Virus record (IMG/VR): IMGVR_UViG_2896201746_000001
Location: 48,121-112,120 of that record
Length of the DNA stretch: 64,000 bases
DNA from: a virus
Lineage: Duplodnaviria; Caudoviricetes
Strand: one strand, 5' to 3'
Part shown: piece after piece, positions 59,440 to 64,000 of the stretch
How the letters are laid out: every line of letters begins with the position of its first letter
Position numbering within the stretch: position 1 is the stretch's first letter
Notes under the pieces: generated by a model
What the model saw: the letters and a program-made list of their open reading frames with translations, nothing else
The model's database searches: none
Told to the model about the DNA's origin: nothing
Position numbers and translations under genes: made by a program

Positions 59440-61122
59440 ATGCCCAGCCCTACCCCGAATCTGAATCCCAACCAGCCGCAGGTGATCTCCACCTCCCTCG
59501 CCGCGGCGACAGCCGGCTATTCCGACAAGGATGTCGAGACGCTGATCCAGCGCCGCCATCCGGATTTCCAGAAGTGGATCGAGCACTGGAAGTTCTGCCG
59601 GCTCGCCTATGAGGGCGGCCGGGAGTGGTTCAATCAGAAGAACCTGTTCAAGTTCTACCGCGAAGGCCTGCGGGAATACGAGGAGCGGGTCAAGCGCTCC
59701 TACCGCGCCAACCACACCAAGCGCGTCGTCGAAGCCGTCAACCAGTTCCTGTTCAAGTCCAGGCCGCAGCGCGCCGCCGACGCGCCGGCGATCCTGCGCG
59801 ACTTCTGGGGCCGGGCGACGCTGTCGGGCATGACGATGGACAGCTTCGCCAAGCAGATCGACATCTGGCTGTCGGTCTTCGGCCTGGTCTACGCGGTCGT
59901 CGACCGGCCCGGCGATGCGATGGTCGCGGCCGACGGCAAGCTGGTGGCCGGCGATGCCGAGGCCCTGCCCTACAGCTACCTCGTCTTCCCGACCCATGTG
60001 CTCGATCTCGCCTTCGACGACGCCGGGCATCTGCGTTGGATTCTTGTCGCGGAGGACTATCGCGACGACGCCGACCCCCTGAAGAGCAGCGGCAAGCCGC
60101 TGGTGCGCTACCGGCTGTGGACGCGCAGCGAGTGGATCCTGTTCGGGCCGGAAGACGCCGATCACCCCGAGAAGATCACCCGGCTGGACAGCGGCGAGCA
60201 CGGCCTGGGCGTCGTGCCGGTCGTGCCGATCACCGAGACAGAGGGGGCGCGCTATTCGGCCCCGTCCCTGATCGGCGACGTCGCCTATCTCGACCGCACC
60301 GTGACCAATTACGCCTGCCTGCTCGACGAGATCATCTACGAGCAGACCTTCAGCCAGCTCGTCATGCCGGCCGAGGGCATCCTGCCCGGCACCGATCCGG
60401 CCAACCAGATCATCGCCGCGGCCAAGGAGCGCATCTTCCTGTTCTCCGGCGGCGACGGCAACAACCGGCCGAGCTACATTAGCCCGGACGCCAGCCAGGC
60501 CCAGCTCATCATCGACGCGATCGACCGGCTGACCCGCACGATCTACGCTGCGACCGGCACCGACGGCGGCGAGGCGAACAGCCAGGCCATGTCGAAGGGC
60601 CGGGAATACGCCTCCGGCGTCGTGCGCTCCTACGATCACGCCGGCATCGAGAACATCCTGCGCGCCAAGGCCGCGGCGCTGGAGCGCGCCGAGGATCAGA
60701 TCATGGCGCTGGTGCTGCTGTGGATGGGCCAGGACAACGTCGAGATCGACCCGAGCTGGGTGCGCTACCCGACGCAGTTCGACATTCGCGGCCTGTCGCA
60801 GGATCTCGAAGTGGCGAAGGCGCTGTCCGACCTGTCCGCGCCGGTCGCCGTGATGCGCGAGCAGATGAAGGGCATGACCGAAAAGCTGTTCCCGCGCATG
60901 AGTCCGGAGGAGCTTCAGCGCATCAACAAAGCGATCGGCAGTTGGGAGCCGGCCTATCTCGCCGAGGATGAGCTGGTCAAGGCCGAGACGGACGAGATCG
61001 AGGCCAAGATCGCCGTCACCGAGGCCGCCAGCAAGCGCGAGGACGCGCTCGCCGAGCATCAGATCGCCATGGGCGAGCGTGCCGCATCCCAGCCCCAGGA
61101 CCAGGCCAGGATTGCCGCCTGA
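59440..61122 (+). CDS. Portal protein
   Basis: Position after TerL; AYEGG, EYEERVKRS..NH, HGLGVVPVV, FSQL, ASGV. Confidence 0.8.
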   Translation: MPSPTPNLNPNQPQVISTSLAAATAGYSDKDVETLIQRRHPDFQKWIEHWKFCRLAYEGGREWFNQKNLFKFYREGLREYEERVKRSYRANHTKRVVEAVNQFLFKSRPQRAADAPAILRDFWGRATLSGMTMDSFAKQIDIWLSVFGLVYAVVDRPGDAMVAADGKLVAGDAEALPYSYLVFPTHVLDLAFDDAGHLRWILVAEDYRDDADPLKSSGKPLVRYRLWTRSEWILFGPEDADHPEKITRLDSGEHGLGVVPVVPITETEGARYSAPSLIGDVAYLDRTVTNYACLLDEIIYEQTFSQLVMPAEGILPGTDPANQIIAAAKERIFLFSGGDGNNRPSYISPDASQAQLIIDAIDRLTRTIYAATGTDGGEANSQAMSKGREYASGVVRSYDHAGIENILRAKAAALERAEDQIMALVLLWMGQDNVEIDPSWVRYPTQFDIRGLSQDLEVAKALSDLSAPVAVMREQMKGMTEKLFPRMSPEELQRINKAIGSWEPAYLAEDELVKAETDEIEAKIAVTEAASKREDALAEHQIAMGERAASQPQDQARIAA

Positions 61123-61235
61123 CGCGAGAAACCGGGGTCTCTGGACCCCGGTTTGACACACTATCAGTCATCGGTTACATATAACTCATAACCTTTTCAT
61201 CGAGCCAAGCAACCGTGCTCAAAAAGGAATCCCGC

Positions 61236-62180
61236 ATGAACATCAACTTTGCCCGGCGTCCGGCCCTGCCGGCGACTGCCGGTTTCGGTATCGCCTCCGT
61301 CGTCTCCGGTCCCTACGGCCACCGCTTCCGCTTCGAGCCGGAAAACGGCTCCGGCACCGGCCTGGCCGGCTCCGGCGCGACCGACGATGCCAGCGCCAAG
61401 TCCGAAGAGAACCAGGATAAGGCAAACGAGTCCGCTTCCAAGACCGACGGCCAGCAGCAGAGCACCCTGAGCGAACAGGAAGCCAAGCTGCTGAAGGATC
61501 TGATGAAGCACAAGAATCGCGCCAAGGAGGCCGAGGACAGTGCTGCGCAGGCCAAGAAGGAGAAGGAGGAACTCGAAAAGCGTGTCGCCGAGCTGCTGGG
61601 CGTCGAGGGAATCGACGAGCTGCAGGGCCGCCTGGAGGCGATCCGGCAGGACGAGGAGACCCGTCTGCGCGCCGCCGGCGAGTTCGACAAGCTGAAGGAT
61701 CGCCTGGTGTCCGAGCACACCAAGGAAATCCAGAAGCTGCAGGGCACGCTGAACCAGCAGGTCGGTGATCTGAAGAAGCAGCTTGAGCAGGCCAACGGCC
61801 AGATTCGCAAGCTGTTGGTGTCGAACGCTTTTGCCGGCTCCGCCTTCATCAACGGCGAGCTGGTCATCACCCCGACGCATGCCGAGCGCCTGTACGGCGA
61901 CCACTTCAAGGTGGAAGTCGACGGCGAGGGCAACCCGGTGATGCGGGCCTACAACGCCAAGGGCGAGCCGCTGATCGACTCCGCCGGCAACCCCCTGCCC
62001 TTCGACGCCGCCCTGGCCGAGATCGTCAACGCCGATCCCGGCAAGACCTCGCTGTTCCGTCCCAAGGCCAAGCCGGGTGCCGGCTCGGGCGCGCTGGGAA
62101 CGGGCGGCGAAGCCACCCAGAAGCCCCAGGCCCGCGGCGTCGCCCGCATCGCGCAGGGGCTTGCGTCCATGAACACCTGA
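61236..62180 (+). CDS. Head scaffolding protein
   Basis: Coiled coil, GEFDKL, C-terminal KPGAGSG; lies between portal and capsid. Confidence 0.7.
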   Translation: MNINFARRPALPATAGFGIASVVSGPYGHRFRFEPENGSGTGLAGSGATDDASAKSEENQDKANESASKTDGQQQSTLSEQEAKLLKDLMKHKNRAKEAEDSAAQAKKEKEELEKRVAELLGVEGIDELQGRLEAIRQDEETRLRAAGEFDKLKDRLVSEHTKEIQKLQGTLNQQVGDLKKQLEQANGQIRKLLVSNAFAGSAFINGELVITPTHAERLYGDHFKVEVDGEGNPVMRAYNAKGEPLIDSAGNPLPFDAALAEIVNADPGKTSLFRPKAKPGAGSGALGTGGEATQKPQARGVARIAQGLASMNT

Positions 62181-62277
62181 CCCGGGGTCCACATGCACGG
62201 TTGCACGCGGCATGGACGGGTTCCGGTTGTCAGTCATCGCTGAACGATAGTCAGTCATCAGCACGAGGAAGACGACC

Positions 62278-63219
62278 ATGCCTTTGATGATCGAAGACGC
62301 CCAGCACCTCTCCAACAACGACCTGGTCCGCGGCGTCGTCGAAGAGATCATCGACTTCGACAACCTGTTCTCGGTCCTGCCCTTCGTGAAGACCGAGGGC
62401 AAGTCCTACGTCTACAACCGCGAGGGCACTCTGGCGACCGCGACCTGGATCGTGCCGAACGCCAGCGTGATCCCCGAGGACGCGACGACCTTCCAGGAAG
62501 TCACCGTCACGCTGCGGATCCTGATCGGCGACGTGGACGTCGACAACTTCCTGAACTCGACGATGTCGGACACCAACAGCCAGTTGGCCGTCCAGATCGC
62601 CCACAAGGCCAAGGCCATCGCCCGCAAGTTCTCCGACGCGCTCATCAACGGTGACGCCTCGAAGAGCTACAACCTGTCGGACTTCGGCGGCACCGGCACC
62701 GCGACCAACGTCGAGTTCGACGGCCTGGATCGCCTGACCGTCCCGGCGATGACCCTGTCGGCCGGCACCAACGGCGGCGCGCTGACCTTCGAGCTGCTCG
62801 ACCAGCTCATCGACAAGGTGAAGCTGGGTCCGGACGCCTTCGTGTTCGGCCGTCGCACCATCCGCGACTACAAGCGCCTGCTGCGCTCCGTGTCGCGCGT
62901 GTCGCCGGAGTACATCCGCCTGTCGAACGGCAAGGACGTGCTGGGCTATGCCGGCGTGCCGATCCTGCTGAACGACTTCGTGCGTGAAGACCTGACCGTC
63001 GGCACCTCGGTCGACTGCTCGACCGTCTTCGCCGCGCGCATGAACGAGGTCGACGGCGTGCATGGCCTGTACGGCGGCGACAACATGGGCTTCTCGATCC
63101 AGAACATCGGGCAGCTCCAGACCAAGGACGCCCAGCGCACCCGCGTCCGCTGGTACTGCGCGGTCGCCCTGAAGGGCACCAAGTCGCTCGGTAAGATCGT
63201 CGGCATCCGCTCGATCTGA
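62278..63219 (+). CDS. Major capsid protein (HK97 fold)
   Basis: LPFVKTEGKSYVYNRE, GDVDVDNF, LINGD, EFDGL, RTRVRWYCAVAL. Confidence 0.85.
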   Translation: MPLMIEDAQHLSNNDLVRGVVEEIIDFDNLFSVLPFVKTEGKSYVYNREGTLATATWIVPNASVIPEDATTFQEVTVTLRILIGDVDVDNFLNSTMSDTNSQLAVQIAHKAKAIARKFSDALINGDASKSYNLSDFGGTGTATNVEFDGLDRLTVPAMTLSAGTNGGALTFELLDQLIDKVKLGPDAFVFGRRTIRDYKRLLRSVSRVSPEYIRLSNGKDVLGYAGVPILLNDFVREDLTVGTSVDCSTVFAARMNEVDGVHGLYGGDNMGFSIQNIGQLQTKDAQRTRVRWYCAVALKGTKSLGKIVGIRSI

Positions 63220-63228
63220 TCGCAGCAG

Positions 63229-63261
63229 GGGGCCGGGGAACACCCGGCCCCTTCTTTCTTT
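63229..63261 (+). terminator. Intrinsic terminator after the capsid gene
   Basis: GGGGCCGGG/CCCGGCCCC plus TTCTTTCTTT. Confidence 0.8.
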
Positions 63262-63278
63262 CAGCCCAGGATTTCCTT

Positions 63279-63956
63279 ATGACCGAACCCGCCCCGACCC
63301 TGCCCGACGACGCCGACGGCCTGACGCCGACCGTCGTGATCCCGGCCGTGAAGCGGCCGGTCATCCCGAACCCGGACGACACCTTCGACGCTTCCGGCGT
63401 CGTCACCCATGAAGAGCTGCCCGAGGTGCTATTCCCGACCTTCGTCCGGCTCGCCAGCGACGCGCTGACCGATTTCACCGGCGTCCTGGGGTCGATCGTC
63501 TTCAAGGACGGCATCTCGACCGAGCCGCACTCCTACCAGACCGTGATGGCACTCGCCGCCGGCGGCGGCTGGCCGGTCGAGGACGTGCGCACCGGCATCC
63601 GTCTGTCGCCGCTGTCCGAGGACCGCGCCTTCCGCGTGCCGATGGCCTCGCGCGAGTGGAACGACGGCATGCCCTATCCCGATCACGTCGAGTTCCCGGC
63701 TGCCCGCGCCGAAGCCCCGGCCGCTCCGGAAGCGCCCGCGACCGATGCGCCGGCCGAAGAGGGTCTGCTCGACGCCGTCGCCCGCGCCGTGCAGGTCCGC
63801 ACCGCGCTCTGCGCCGTGCGCGACGCCAAGGGTGCGCGCTTCCTGCGCCAGCTCTGCGAGGAGCGCGGCCTGCCGACCGCCCGTTCCGGCGATGACATGG
63901 TCGACACGCTGGCCGGCGTGCTGACGCTCGACGAAGCGAAGGCGCTGCTGAGCTGA
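63279..63956 (+). CDS. Head-associated hypothetical protein
   Basis: FTGVLGSIVFKDGIST; follows the MCP gene. Confidence 0.55.
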   Translation: MTEPAPTLPDDADGLTPTVVIPAVKRPVIPNPDDTFDASGVVTHEELPEVLFPTFVRLASDALTDFTGVLGSIVFKDGISTEPHSYQTVMALAAGGGWPVEDVRTGIRLSPLSEDRAFRVPMASREWNDGMPYPDHVEFPAARAEAPAAPEAPATDAPAEEGLLDAVARAVQVRTALCAVRDAKGARFLRQLCEERGLPTARSGDDMVDTLAGVLTLDEAKALLS

Positions 63957-64000
63957 CTCGCGTCTGAAGACAGCCGCCAGGGCCTGTTTTCGCCCCGTGG

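Larger units (their letters stand above)
1..64000 (+). mobile_element. Segment of a large temperate phage / phage-plasmid (SSU5/pHCM2-like gene content)
   Basis: cobT/cobS-like, dnaE, SSB, exonuclease, recA, sbcCD, ruvC, nrdAB, thyA, DHFR and HU are followed by terminase, portal, scaffold and capsid genes, all co-oriented; no host housekeeping operons. Confidence 0.85.

Overview
A 64-kb, high-GC segment of a large temperate phage or phage-plasmid. The gene set and order resemble SSU5/pHCM2-type phage-plasmids, and the accessory genes suggest an alphaproteobacterial host (inference). Almost everything is on the + strand. From left to right: CobT-like VWA and CobS-like AAA ATPase (with a homing-endonuclease intein); DnaE with a C-terminal UDG-like domain; a T4-like recombination module (UvsY-like, gp32-like SSB, 5'-3' exonuclease, RecA/UvsX, SbcD, SbcC, RuvC); nucleotide metabolism (NrdA, NrdB-glutaredoxin fusion, MazG-like, ThyA, DHFR, P-loop kinase); HU; about 25 kb of accessory genes (PIN pair, PstI/BsuBI-family RM system, membrane Mrr-like nuclease, LuxR/RHH regulators, Imm protein, an interrupted SLOG gene); a repeat-rich non-coding region; and the head module (TerS, TerL, portal, scaffold, major capsid). 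The most notable signals are not protein-coding. (1) More than 20 copies of a TCA-N8-TGA operator, often filling sigma70 -35/-10 spacers. (2) Fourteen dispersed arrays of degenerate 8-bp units with AT in strict phase, four of them inside coding sequences. (3) A ~550-nt hairpin-dense candidate structured ncRNA at ~50.3-50.85 kb. (4) A candidate origin/control locus with 28-bp-period GGGAATAGC repeats and outward-facing G-rich tracts around a winged-helix gene. No integrase, rep, tRNA or CRISPR array was recognised. All assignments come from motif reading only; no searches were run.
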